A DNA stretch of 64,000 nt. Source: an uncultured delta proteobacterium. GTDB lineage: Bacteria > Desulfobacterota > Desulfobacteria > Desulfobacterales > Desulfatirhabdiaceae. The position numbers and the translations under genes are program-made. Below are positions 40,701 through 50,878 of this stretch, piece after piece. Position 1 is the stretch's first letter. Every line of letters begins with the position of its first letter. The notes beneath the pieces are model-generated. The model had not been told where the DNA came from. It searched no databases and saw only the letters and a program-made list of their open reading frames with translations. The DNA is taken from the NCBI GenBank assembly GCA_963789395.1, contig CAWBKP010000020.1, positions 96,001 to 160,000 on the forward strand. Direction: 5' to 3'.

Positions 40701-41953
40701 AGCCGGGTAGACCATTTGGGATTGAGTTCAATCAGCGCCATCCAGGTGCGGATGTTCGGAATATGGGAGCTGTTGGCCTGAATCTGCCAGTCGCTTCCGA
40801 CCCTGCCGATCATGGGGGTTTGAAACCCCAGGTCAATGACCGAATCGATGAAGAAATTAACCAGATCACTTTCGTCGGTTTTGTAGACGCCTTTCCCCAT
40901 GTTCAGCGCGCAGTTCAATGCGGTTACCGGAAATTCTTTCGTATGGGTTTTCAAGATGGAAAATGTTTTTTGAATCAGCCGCATGATATTCCGGTGCGAT
41001 TCATTGCCGATCAGCCAGCTGAGCGTCCGGTTGATCTCCCACAGCGCATCTTCATGGATCAGGGCCAGACCGGAAATGTTCATGATGTGAAAGAGAAAAA
41101 TCACTTTCCAATGATTGCGCCGGGTGATGTTTTCACTCGAATTCCAGAGGATCATCGGAAGCTTTTTGTAGATCTCGACAATCTGCCCGAAGGTGGGAAG
41201 CGCCAGCAGATTTTCCAGAAAGGAGATGGATTCAACCGGTTCCGTGGCCAACAGGCTGTCGAGCCGGTGTTTGCATTCGGTCATTTTCTGATGGGAGATA
41301 TCCGAAAAAATTCCGTCAAAAATCGGCAGATGTCCGGTTTCAGCCTCGGTTTCAAACCAGGCCATCGGGTCATCCTGGCTCAGCCAGTAAGCATACGTGT
41401 ATTGATGGTATTTGAGAACGAGCAGGTTCAGGGCATTGAAGGGGGGCGGCAACGCCCGAAGGCAGAGTTCGGCAAGCCGGTTGATGGCGTAAAAACTTCT
41501 TGCAAAAAACTCAAAATGATCCGCCGGAAGCGCTTGGATCCGGTCGAAGGCAGCGTTGAGGACCGGCGCAAACCGTGGCAGGTCGGCGCCGGAATCTTTG
41601 ACTGTTTTTTGCAGAAACAGAAGCAGATTGTCCACGGCATCTGCTCGGACATCCTGAGGCCCTTCATTGCAGGCATCCAGGAAAATATCGATGATCAGGC
41701 TGACAGCTTCCGGCCCCTTGGCGTGCTTCTGGAAAATATGGAAATAATCCAGGGCATATTTCCGGCATTCCTGTACGATAAATCGCCAGTTTTTATAAGG
41801 GTGGGAGAGTTCTGTTAAAAAAACAGTGACGCCATCCATCAGTCCATAATACCGGGACATGGCCTCCTGGAGTGGAAAAAACCGGGGGTCGATGCTGACA
41901 TCTACATGGGAACTGGCTATATTGACCTCAAGGGCCTTGGATTTGAACGGCAT
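37784..41953 (-). CDS. PPDK-like dikinase: ~900-aa unknown N-terminus + ATP-grasp + phospho-His swivel, with no pyruvate-binding barrel
   Basis: LGNKG, VPPGFIITT, SVRSGS..SQPGMMDT.LN, GTAVTVQSMVFGN, QGEDVVSG, GGLTSHAAVVA; ends ~60 aa after the His; AAGGAG precedes ATG 41953. Confidence 0.85.
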   Translation of the reverse strand: MPFKSKALEVNIASSHVDVSIDPRFFPLQEAMSRYYGLMDGVTVFLTELSHPYKNWRFIVQECRKYALDYFHIFQKHAKGPEAVSLIIDIFLDACNEGPQDVRADAVDNLLLFLQKTVKDSGADLPRFAPVLNAAFDRIQALPADHFEFFARSFYAINRLAELCLRALPPPFNALNLLVLKYHQYTYAYWLSQDDPMAWFETEAETGHLPIFDGIFSDISHQKMTECKHRLDSLLATEPVESISFLENLLALPTFGQIVEIYKKLPMILWNSSENITRRNHWKVIFLFHIMNISGLALIHEDALWEINRTLSWLIGNESHRNIMRLIQKTFSILKTHTKEFPVTALNCALNMGKGVYKTDESDLVNFFIDSVIDLGFQTPMIGRVGSDWQIQANSSHIPNIRTWMALIELNPKWSTRLLSCLIIHLCLEGVFIKDTDLFPRDITRLLNSDIGPVYNLVKQLARIFPTFFNDIGAEGELREISTRLDEMTRRKDVLIHFLRKQSHVESSNQILDFMGAVLDFWKTGNKAGIEKFVPPDIYKQIKTSGPYIDGVKRIMTTLRHQGVSLPVQLLTLSSDALQGLLSNISGESQVDIERIQLLAAFYKLLHHKYHIDFIEINHYLEQLKAGGFPDLNRLQKALEQPNVRKKTALLIDYLEFLKELILSPKTYEIREDIYKKRHITVDIPSMYGSYHEMKFDALGLTFRIESLVNVLFEELVQTIDLSLITHVTIHEISELLALFDRALKADGIHSVEFERQQEFLTHSLEVRGFTFTQYLDIFKGFSIAVKNIISDYFNNVHEENLNRIIAGINKNQLLPRYLPPDPAMDPEKLTHRITEIFFRDQLVFSLGLQQLDRLLTRILNILFHQLNTLHQDQLRLLLLYDPSQAITTVDQRGKHLPGIIYLGNKGLNMVKLKRFGMPVPPGFIITTEAFRCRDIIEHYPPALQNFRDQVVRQISAVEKLTGKTFGSATNPLLFSVRSGSSISQPGMMDTLLNVGINEEIAHGLAERTGNAWFAWDNYRRFLQCYGMAVGLERDHFDAIISEFKQTLGISFKKGFTGEQMQAVAMAYKKSIAAAGYPVLDDPMDQLYMTINSVLDSWESDKAKTYRKIMGISDDWGTAVTVQSMVFGNFSQQSGTGVIFTHNPRWPGDRVRLWGDFTVGNQGEDVVSGLVNTLPISIFQQEVEMRDTDITLETHFPEIYAALKSWAIDLIEKKGWTPQEMEFTFESPAAKDLFILQTREMAMRERKKVPAFDPEDISGDRLLGHGIGVSGGAMAGRVVFTLEEIEQWRLKEPGTSLILMRGDTVPDDIREIFAADGLLTARGGLTSHAAVVAHRLGKTCVVGCGNLVCREKEKQCEFNDRMLSSGDAVSMDGLEGSVYQGRIRIRETA

Positions 41954-42005
41954 GACAGACTCCTTGGTGTCTGTTCGCGGACATTCACAATTAGATTTTC
42001 CGGGC

Positions 42006-45000
42006 TCATCCGTTTTTATGGACATGCGCGGTTTCCCAGCGCTTGTCCAGATAATACAGGATCGGGACCGTCATCCGGGAAAAGAGGAGCGATGCCACCT
42101 CTCCGGCCATCAGGCTGATGGCAAGGCCCTGAAAAATCGGGTCGAATAAAATGACGGATGCGCCCACCACCACGGCGGCCGCGGTCAGCATCATGGGCCG
42201 GAACCGGACGGCTCCGGCGTCAATGACCGCAAGATCCAGGGGCATGCCCTGCGCCACGCGAAGTTCGATAAAATCCACCAGGATGATGGAATTTCTTACC
42301 ACGATGCCGGCTCCGGCGATAAAGCCGATCATGGAGGTTGCGGTAAAAAACGCGCCCATCAGCCAGTGCGCCGGCAGGATGCCGATCAGGGAAAAGGGAA
42401 TGGCCATCATGATGACTACGGGCGTTGAAAACGACTGAAACCATCCCACGACGAGCACGAAAATGATGACCAGAACGACGGCAAAGGCCATTCCCAGATC
42501 CCGGAACACTTCGTAGGTAATGTGCCATTCCCCGTCCCATTTCAGTGGCGTATTTCCGGTCGCTGTCCGGAAGGCTTGCCGTGTGCTGGGTGATTTTATA
42601 CCCTTCGGCGAGGGTGATGGCTTCGATTTTTTTCTGCATTTCCAAAATGGCGTAGACCGGGCTTTCCTTTTCACCGGCCACATCTCCGATTACATAGACC
42701 ACCGGCATCAGATTTTTGTGGTAGATGCTTTGATCGGACGTCGTCTTTGTGACCATGACCAGTTCCGAGAGCGGCACGAGATTGCCGGCGCCTCCGGCCA
42801 GCTTGATGGCCTCCAGTCTGTTAATACCAGCACGGTCCTGAAGCGGCAGCCGGAGAATGATGGGAACATCTTCTTTTTCCAGGGCCTGGTGCAGCAGACC
42901 TGCCTGCTTTCCGGAAAGTGCCAGTTCCAGGGCGCCTGCGACCTGGGCCGCACTGATGCCGTTAAGGGCGGCTTTTTCCTTGTCCACGGTCAGTTCATAC
43001 CGTGGCTGGCTGCCATCCATGTACCAGTCCACATCCACAACGCCTGCGGTCTGCTCGAAGATATTCCGGATTTGCAGGGCGATTTGTCGCTGGCGTTCGT
43101 AGTTCGGACCATAGACTTCGGCAACCAGCGTGGATAAAACCGGCGGGCCTGGCGGTACTTCGGCCACCTTGACCCTGGCGTTAAAGCGCTTGGCGATTTT
43201 TACCAGCGGCGGCCGGACCCGCTTGGCAATTTCGTGGCTTTGCTGCGCACGGTCTCCTTTTCCGGCCAGATTGACCTGAATGTCCGCCATATGCGGGCCC
43301 TGCCTGAGATAGTAATGCCGGACCAGACCGTTGAAATTAAAGGGGCCGGACGTTCCCGCATGAATTTCGTAGTCAGTCACCTCGTTGACGGTTTTCAGAT
43401 AATCTCCCATTTCCAGGCAGGCGTTGGCGGTTTCTTCCAGGGTTGCGTCATCCGGCATGTCCAGCATGACCTGAAATTCGCTTTTGTTATCAAAGGGAAG
43501 CATCTTGACCTTGACCCAGCCGATGCCCACCATCGCGCAGGCCATCAGCAGCATGGCCGCGACGGAGGCCAAAAACACCCAACGCCAGAAAGCGGTTTCA
43601 ATCAGGGGGGTCATGACTTTCCGGTAAAGCAGGGTGCTCCAGTCCTCGGTTTCGGCATGACCCGGGCCGTCATGCCGGCGAATGAGCCTTAGCGCCGCCC
43701 AGGGCGTGACAATAAAGGCAACCAGCAGCGAAAAAACCATGGCTGCGGAAGCCCCGATCGGGATGGGTCGCATGTAGGGGCCCATCAGCCCGCCCACGAA
43801 CGCCATGGGAAGGATGGCGGCGATAACGGTAAGGGTTGCCAGAATAGTGGGATTTCCAACCTCGTCCACGGCTTCGATGGCCACTTCCACCCGGGGGCGG
43901 TCGGCATTCTCGGGCAGGCGGAAATGACGCACCATGTTTTCCACCACCACGATGGCGTCATCCACCAGGATTCCGATTGAGAAAATGAGAGCGAACAAGG
44001 TGATGCGGTTCAGGGTGTAGCCATAGAGATAGAAAACCGTCAGCGTCAGGGCCAGCGTCACCGGTATGGCAATGGCCACGACGCCGGACTCCCGGTGCCC
44101 CAGCGTAAACCAGATGAGAACCGTAACGGAAAAAATGGCGATGAGCATGTGAAATAGCAGTTCGTTGGATTTTTCCTTGGCGGTTTCCCCGTAATTCCGG
44201 GTCACGGTCAGTTGAATATCGTCGGGGATCACAGAGCCTTTGGCATCTGCAACCCGCTTCAGGACCTCCTGTGCAACGGTAATGGCATTGGCGCCTTTTC
44301 GCTTGGCAACGGTCAGGGTTACGGCCGGGTACACGGTGCTGAAAGCCGCAGCCTCCGGATGGAGACTTTTTTCAGATGCTGCCGGGCCCATTCCGAAAAA
44401 AACATACTGGTCCGGATCTTCGGGCCCGTCGGTAATGGTGGCCACATCCCGCAGATACACCGGTTTCCCGTTATATACGCCGACGACGATGCCTTCGACA
44501 TCTGCGTTGTTTTTCAGAAAACCATTCACATGAACCAGAACCTGGCCTTCGGGTGAGGGATACGCGCCGGCATCTGCGTCTTGATTGGCGGCGCAGACCA
44601 TGGCGGATATCCGGCCGATATCCAGTCCGAAGGCCGAAAGCCTTACCGGGTCTAGTTTTACGGAGAGCTGCCGCCGGTATCCGCCAATAAGCGTCGTTGT
44701 GGAAACATTCTCCCCCCGCTTGATCAGATCATCCACTTCCGCGGCCACCCGCCTGAGGGTGTAATGGTCCGCGTTCTTTCTCCAGAACGTCAGGGCCAGG
44801 ACCGGGACATCATCGATGTAGCGGGGTTTGATCAAGGGCGGGGAAACCGACGGCGGAATTCGGTCCATATTGGCCATCAGTTTGGACTGGAGGCGGACGA
44901 TGGACTTTTCCTCGTCCTGTCCCACATAAAAACGGACCACCGCCATGGACATGCCTGGACTGGAGGTGGAATAGACGTATTCGACGCCGGGAATCTCCCA

Positions 45001-45231
45001 GAGGAGCTTTTCCATGGGCCGTGTTGCCCGTTCTTCCACTTCCTTGGCGCTGGCCCCCGGCATTTTTACGAAAACATCGATCATGGGAACGATGATCTGG
45101 GGCTCTTCTTCGCGGGGAAGGCCGATGACTGCGGCCATGCCGAGAAGGACCGATGCGATGATGAACAGCGATGTCAGCTTGGAGTTGATGAAATAGCCTG
45201 CGATCTTGCCGGCTATGCCGGGCTGGGTCAT
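42006..45231 (-). CDS. RND efflux permease (AcrB/CzcA family) with a frameshift near 42545
   Basis: [30 protein letters not shown]; second frame KWDGEW...RNSIILVDF...RFRPMMLT. Confidence 0.9.
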
Positions 45232-46394
45232 GACGGCACCTCCACCTTGGCCCCATCAATCAGGTTTGGTGGCGGAATCACCACGAAACGGTCGCCGGCG
45301 CTTAGTCCGGACAGTACTTCCACCTGGGTTCCAGAGGTCCGGCCGGTTCGCAGAAGCCGGAACCGGGCTATCTGATCGGAATCCAACAGGAAAATGCCCG
45401 TCAGTTGGCCCTGGTGGATAATCGCGCTGGTGGGAATGAGCATCTTTTCCAGACTCCCGCCGGCCAGGATAACGCGGCTGAACATGCCGGAATGAATCGC
45501 CGGGTCAAAGGGAAGTGACACCTGAACCATAAAGGATCTGCTGGCGCTATCCGCGGCAGGGGAGATGGCCCGGATTGTTCCTTCAAACGCCTTGCCGCCG
45601 GCGGAGGGAATGGAAACCGTTACGGTTTGAGACAGTGCGACAGACTGAATGAATGATTCGGGAACGATCATATCCACGCGAAAAACATCCGTGGTTTCGA
45701 TTTTCAAAAGCGGTGTGCCGGGCGCTGCCAGGGTTCCAGGATCCGCCAGTCTGGCAAAGATGGCGCCATCAAAAGGCGAAGTGAGTCTGGAATCTTTTTC
45801 GCTGACGCTTGCCCCCGCAACCGCCGCTTCCGCCTGTTGAACGCGGAACCGGGCGGCTTCGGCCATGGATTCGGCCTGACCCAGCGCAGCTTCGGCCTGC
45901 CGAAATCGGGCGCTGACCTCATCAAATTCCTGGCGGCTTGCGGACTCGGTTTTCATCAGGTTCACATAGCGCTCATAAGTCGCCTTTGCCAAATCAGCGG
46001 AGGCGCTGGCTGCGTGCTGTGCAGAAAGCGCGGCAGACTCGGCCTTTCTGGCCTCGGACAGGGCGGCTTCGGCCTGAAGCAGCTGGGCTTTGACCTGCCT
46101 GGGGTCAATGTCCACCAGCACCTGATCTTTTTTGACAAGATCGCCTTCCTTGACATAAACCGCCTTCACCACGCCCATGATCTTACTGGATAGGGTGCTG
46201 GCGTCTTTTGCAGTTACGCTTCCGGTGGCTTCGTAAAGAATGGGCTCCTGGCTGATGACGGCAGTTGCCACCGGTGCGGTGATGGACCTTGCCTGAGAAG
46301 GGTTTACGGTTCCTGGCTCGATTTTATCGCTGCACCCTGAAAACAGGATGCATGCCATGCCTGTGATTGCATAGAGTAAACAGCGTGTCAGCAT
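45228..46394 (-). CDS. RND periplasmic adaptor (membrane fusion lipoprotein)
   Basis: Lipobox [29 protein letters not shown]. Confidence 0.9.
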   Translation of the reverse strand: MLTRCLLYAITGMACILFSGCSDKIEPGTVNPSQARSITAPVATAVISQEPILYEATGSVTAKDASTLSSKIMGVVKAVYVKEGDLVKKDQVLVDIDPRQVKAQLLQAEAALSEARKAESAALSAQHAASASADLAKATYERYVNLMKTESASRQEFDEVSARFRQAEAALGQAESMAEAARFRVQQAEAAVAGASVSEKDSRLTSPFDGAIFARLADPGTLAAPGTPLLKIETTDVFRVDMIVPESFIQSVALSQTVTVSIPSAGGKAFEGTIRAISPAADSASRSFMVQVSLPFDPAIHSGMFSRVILAGGSLEKMLIPTSAIIHQGQLTGIFLLDSDQIARFRLLRTGRTSGTQVEVLSGLSAGDRFVVIPPPNLIDGAKVEVPS

Positions 46395-46464
46395 AACAGT
46401 CTCCATCAAGATGGGTCTAACAGGTCCTATCAACATTCCGCGATGGCCGGGGTCGGCCCGGTCT

Positions 46465-47844
46465 TTATTGAAAATTCGTATCCAGGGTGCCCGTGGCCAG
46501 CGACAACTGAATTCGCGAGGTCGAATAATCATGCAAAGACCGGTATCGGTTGGTCAGGGCGGTTTGCAGCGAAACTTCCGCATCCAGAAGGCTGACCAGG
46601 GTGAGCAGTCCGTTTTCATACCGGTCGCTGACGATGCGAAGCCCTTCTTCAGCCTGCGCAACAGCGGCTTCGGCTACGGATATCTGGTTCCAGGCACTTT
46701 GAACCTGCAAAAACGCCTGCCGGGTCTGAACCTCGATGCCTGCGGCCATATCGTTTCGCATGGCCCGGATCCTGCTGAGCATGGCTTCGGACTCCCGGGT
46801 TTTGGCGCTCATCCGGTCTCCGCTGTAAAGATTTACCCGCAGCATGGCGCCGATGGTATAGCTGTCGCCGCTGTTTCTGAAATCATCAGAGGAATTCAGC
46901 TCATAGGTTCCGATCAGGTTGATAGCGGGAAGATGGGCAGCCTTTGATTTTTGAACTTCATCTTCGGCTATCTGTTCCTGAAGCAGAAGATATTGCATAT
47001 CGGGTCGATGGGACTGGGCCAGCCCGATCCATTCGTCAATCGGGCCAAGGACAGGCGCGCCTTTTACAAGTGCGGTTTCCAGCCGCCAGCTGCTGTCGCC
47101 CGATTCGCCCATGGCGGCGTTCAGGGACGCAAGTGCCATGGATATTCGGCTCTGTGCCTGAATGCGCTCCTGATCCAGTTCAGCAATACGGACCTGGGTA
47201 CGGAGCAGATCGCTTTTTACAACCAGACCGTTTTCATAGCGTTTTTGGATCATTTCCAGATGCACGCGGGCGGTTTCCAGTGCTTTATGGATAACGTCAA
47301 CGGTGTGATTGGCCAGAACCAGACCGGTATAGGCTGTTGCCGCCGAAGCAATCACCTCCTGGCGGGTTCGCGCTAAAAACAGGTCCTGCGCCTCCCGGTC
47401 GAGCCGGGCCTGGTTCACGCCGATCCGGGTCCGGCCGCCCTGGTATATCGACCATTCCATGGAAAGCGCGGAATTGAAGTTGCTGATCGGGTCGGGGTGG
47501 TTTAACCGGTCAGGGTCAAAGTCCGCCTGTGTGATGCTTGCCTGATTGAGCAGGTTTCCGAATGCCCACATGGGGTTGTTGGTGTTGCTGTATGATTCAG
47601 TAAAATATACTTGGGGTAAAAAGCCGGATTCGGCCTGCGTGATGCGGTGATCGGCTGCCGAGACCTGGGACAGCGCGGCCTTGATTCTGGGATTCTGCTT
47701 GTCCGCCCGCTGCATGGCATCAGAAATGGTGAGCGATGGCAGGGGTAACGATGGAATGTCTGCGGACGGGAGGTTTAAAGGGAAAAAACAAAGACAGGCA
47801 AATAACAACATCTGCCATTTCGGCCGAAGAGACATTCGTTTCAT
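46465..47844 (-). CDS. TolC-family outer membrane channel
   Basis: Signal peptide; repeated RYENGL..DLL motifs; precedes the adaptor and RND genes. Confidence 0.9.
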   Translation of the reverse strand: MKRMSLRPKWQMLLFACLCFFPLNLPSADIPSLPLPSLTISDAMQRADKQNPRIKAALSQVSAADHRITQAESGFLPQVYFTESYSNTNNPMWAFGNLLNQASITQADFDPDRLNHPDPISNFNSALSMEWSIYQGGRTRIGVNQARLDREAQDLFLARTRQEVIASAATAYTGLVLANHTVDVIHKALETARVHLEMIQKRYENGLVVKSDLLRTQVRIAELDQERIQAQSRISMALASLNAAMGESGDSSWRLETALVKGAPVLGPIDEWIGLAQSHRPDMQYLLLQEQIAEDEVQKSKAAHLPAINLIGTYELNSSDDFRNSGDSYTIGAMLRVNLYSGDRMSAKTRESEAMLSRIRAMRNDMAAGIEVQTRQAFLQVQSAWNQISVAEAAVAQAEEGLRIVSDRYENGLLTLVSLLDAEVSLQTALTNRYRSLHDYSTSRIQLSLATGTLDTNFQ

Positions 47845-47874
47845 AGTGCAATTCCCTTGGGTCATTTCAAAGAA

Positions 47875-48555
47875 TCATGGGTGCGATTGCGCCAGGCTGC
47901 CGATGGTTACGTCACGAAGTTTACCATTCAGGAAAAGAGCAATTACTTCGTTATCACTAGAGAGGCCGATGAGCAAGGGATTTGTCGCATTTCCGGGAAG
48001 CGCGCTGGCGGTCCAGGCCGCAAGACCTCTGAGGAAAGGATTGGAGGAAGCTAAAAAAGGAAGCAGGAATTCGGCGGCACCTGCTGCCAGGTGGGGCCGA
48101 TTCTGGGCCAGTCTTCCCAGTGCCCAGAGGATGCCTTTTTGCAGATCGGGGTGATCAATGAAGTTGCCGCATGGATTGATATAGGAGATCAGGATGCAGG
48201 CATATTCATCGGCCAGCCGCTTGTTTCTGGCCATAGTTTCGCCCATGGCTTCCGCAGATCCCCAGCCGATACCACCGGATTCGTCATTCAAATTCCACAT
48301 CAGGCGCCGCATCACCACGCGGGCAGATTCCACGTTTTCATCTGCAAGAAGGGATACCACGGCGCCCATAGCGGTGATGGCCTGCCAGAAATACAGGGGG
48401 TCCTTGCTGTAGAAAAAAGGAATCAGCGCATTGACAACTTTTCGAAGGGGCATGCGGCAAATGGTGGTCAGCGCCTCATCATCAAGCGCTCCTTTTGAGA
48501 ACAGCGCCGTCAGTTTCTCTTTGAGGCTCCGAATCGATCCGGTTGTTTCAGACAT
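47875..48555 (-). CDS. HEAT-repeat protein (DVU0298-like)
   Basis: ARVVMRRLMWNLNDESGGIGWGSAEAMGE, GILWALGRL. Confidence 0.75.
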   Translation of the reverse strand: MSETTGSIRSLKEKLTALFSKGALDDEALTTICRMPLRKVVNALIPFFYSKDPLYFWQAITAMGAVVSLLADENVESARVVMRRLMWNLNDESGGIGWGSAEAMGETMARNKRLADEYACILISYINPCGNFIDHPDLQKGILWALGRLAQNRPHLAAGAAEFLLPFLASSNPFLRGLAAWTASALPGNATNPLLIGLSSDNEVIALFLNGKLRDVTIGSLAQSHP

Positions 48556-48556
48556 A

Positions 48557-48745
48557 TCACTCCCATGCGATGCAGTCGGCCGGACAATTCTTTATGGCGT
48601 CATCCACGCAGGACCGGGGATAGTCCGGCATTTCCGTCACCTCGATGTAGCCGGCGTCGTTCAATTTAAAAACTTCCGGGCATACGTCCTGGCATATTCC
48701 GCAGAGAATACATTCGCTTAAATCGATATCAGGTTTTATCGTCAT
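48557..48745 (-). CDS. Monocluster ferredoxin
   Basis: CILCGICQDVCPEVF...CPADCI. Confidence 0.9.
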   Translation of the reverse strand: MTIKPDIDLSECILCGICQDVCPEVFKLNDAGYIEVTEMPDYPRSCVDDAIKNCPADCIAWE

Positions 48746-48944
48746 GGTTGAAAACTCACAAAATAAAAAATTGGTAAGGCAAGATATCGGTGCGTTTCAC
48801 CTGTTCAGAATCCAAGCGGGCGGCACCGGAATTTTTGGCGACAATCCTGCCCAAGCGGCACATCGGCTTGCAAAAGACGGCTGGATGCGCAGCCATGCAG
48901 ACAGGCTTTTTACAAAAACGCAAGAAATTGATTGATTACATTTC

Positions 48945-48972
48945 ACTATAGGAATAAAATCAATCCTGTCAA
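48945..48972 (-). promoter_or_regulatory. sigma70 promoter upstream of the minus-strand ferredoxin-RND run
   Basis: Minus strand TTGACA-N16-TATAGT. Confidence 0.6.
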
Positions 48973-49080
48973 GGCAGACATAACCGTTGTCGCCTTCAGG
49001 CCAGGAGTTTGCTTTTGTCAAATTGCGGTATCGCAGGCAATTAACAATAAGCTGTTATTTTTCGCTTGCATTTCTGAATG

Positions 49081-49109
49081 TTGTCATATATCATCACCTA
49101 TGATATAAC
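49081..49109 (+). promoter_or_regulatory. sigma70 promoter for the infC operon
   Basis: TTGTCA-N17-TATAAC with an extended -10 TG. Confidence 0.65.
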
Positions 49110-49249
49110 TGTTTAATTTGTTTGATGAACCAGGAATAAACCCCCTGTTTCCGTCAAGTTTCAGGCGCTTACCGGTTCCGGAGCTGGTGATTGATATTTC
49201 CGGAGCAGCGGGCATGAGCGATAATTTGTTAACGTGAGGAGGTGCAGGC

Positions 49250-49783
49250 ATAGTCCCAACAATCAAAAGACCCGTCAAAGCCGATAAGACCAACATCAAC
49301 CGGGATATCCGCGCCAAAGAGGTCAGGGTGATAGATCCGGATGGTAATCAGATTGGAGTAATTCCCACATACAAAGCGCTGGCAGTTGCCAATGACTTTG
49401 GGCTTGATCTTGTTGAGATATCGCCCAATGCAGCCCCTCCGGTTTGCAAAATAATGGATTACGGCCGTTATCGGTATGAGCAGACCAAGAAAAAGCAGGA
49501 GGCCAAAAAAAAGCAGAGCTCTTTTCAGATCAAGGAGGTCAAAATACGTCCCAAGACCGGCGAACATGACCTGCAAACCAAAATTGATCACATCCGAAAG
49601 TTCATTGACAAAAAAGATAAAGTCAAATTAACCGTAGTCTTCAGGGGGCGCGAGATAACGCTGTCTCAGGCAGCCAAGGAATTGCTGGAAAAAGTCGTTG
49701 CTGAAACCCAGGAAATTGCAGTTGTCGAACAGGCTGCCAAATTTGAAGGGCGGACAATGGTGATGATCCTTTCACCCAAATAA
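49250..49783 (+). CDS. infC: Translation initiation factor IF-3 with a non-canonical ATA start
   Basis: GAGGAGGT-N6-ATA in frame with TNINRDIRAKEVRVID...PPVCKIMDYG. Confidence 0.92.
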   Translation: MVPTIKRPVKADKTNINRDIRAKEVRVIDPDGNQIGVIPTYKALAVANDFGLDLVEISPNAAPPVCKIMDYGRYRYEQTKKKQEAKKKQSSFQIKEVKIRPKTGEHDLQTKIDHIRKFIDKKDKVKLTVVFRGREITLSQAAKELLEKVVAETQEIAVVEQAAKFEGRTMVMILSPK

Positions 49784-49968
49784 CCTTCGAAGCGGGCATG
49801 AACGGCCCGATCGGATCTGAGAAAAGATTTTCATTATTCAAGTTTGTACAGGCGTGAGCAGATAATTTTGGCTCACGCTTTCTATTTTATATGCCTTCCG
49901 AGATAAACGCTTTACAGCTCAATGCGTTTTAAATCATCATTGAGGCTTTAATTTTAGGAGATTAGACC

Positions 49969-50166
49969 ATGCCGAAAATCAAAACCAATCGTTCTGCTGC
50001 GAAGCGGTTTAAAAGAACGGGAACCGGGAAATTTGTTTTCTCAAAATCTCATGGCAGTCATATTTTAACCAAAAAGACCACCAAGCGAAAACGATCTTTG
50101 AGAAAAAGTCAGATTATTGATAAAACCAACGTCAGAGAATTGAAATTATTACTTCCGAACGGGTAA
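49969..50166 (+). CDS. rpmI: 50S ribosomal protein L35
   Basis: [21 protein letters not shown]...HILTKK. Confidence 0.97.
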   Translation: MPKIKTNRSAAKRFKRTGTGKFVFSKSHGSHILTKKTTKRKRSLRKSQIIDKTNVRELKLLLPNG

Positions 50167-50280
50167 GACCATGGGTTGTTTTTGGTTCTACTTGCCCAAT
50201 CAGATGGATTTCATGCATTGTCAGCCAGTTGCATGCAGCTGTTTTTTCAAGATGATGCAGGATTAAGGAGATAATGAATT

Positions 50281-50631
50281 ATGAGAGTAAAACGCGGCTT
50301 TAAGGCAAGAAGACGGAGAAATAAAGTATTGAAACTGGCCAAGGGGTTTCGCGGCGGCCACAGCAAACTCTTTCGGACGGCTGCGGACACCGTTGACCGG
50401 GCGCTTGCCTATGCTTACAGGGACCGAAAGGTCAAGAAACGGGATTTTCGCAGCCTCTGGATCGCCAGAATTAATGCGGGTACGCGGATGAATGACCTGT
50501 CCTACAGTAAATTCATGCATGGACTGAAGATGGCCGGTATTGCACTGGATAGAAAAGTGCTTGCGGAACTTGCGATTGCAGACCCGAACGGCTTTTCCAC
50601 TTTGGTCCGAACCGCAGGTCAGCAAAACTGA
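50281..50631 (+). CDS. rplT: 50S ribosomal protein L20
   Basis: MRVKRG...[21 protein letters not shown]. Confidence 0.97.
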   Translation: MRVKRGFKARRRRNKVLKLAKGFRGGHSKLFRTAADTVDRALAYAYRDRKVKKRDFRSLWIARINAGTRMNDLSYSKFMHGLKMAGIALDRKVLAELAIADPNGFSTLVRTAGQQN

Positions 50632-50878
50632 TGGCAACTCGATAAGGCCACCAGCTTGATCGTGCAGTGTCCCTTATGGATGAAAATGGTGACCGGGCGG
50701 TTCCCCGGAGTCTGACCGGCGGATCGGGATGACCGGATGAACAATAACCGCCCTGTCATCCACGCGGTCCTTTTCTTCGTAAAAAAAGAAGTCGCCTGCC
50801 AGCGGCGCCTGGAAAAAAGTCATCGCCTGTGTCCCTATTGATCTTACCCCGCCTTTCTTACAGCAGAGCATACAAACC

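Noticed and set aside
50737..50841. 34-aa ORF before pheS as a pheM-like leader peptide
   Set aside because: It has only two Phe codons, no clear RBS and no convincing terminator/antiterminator.
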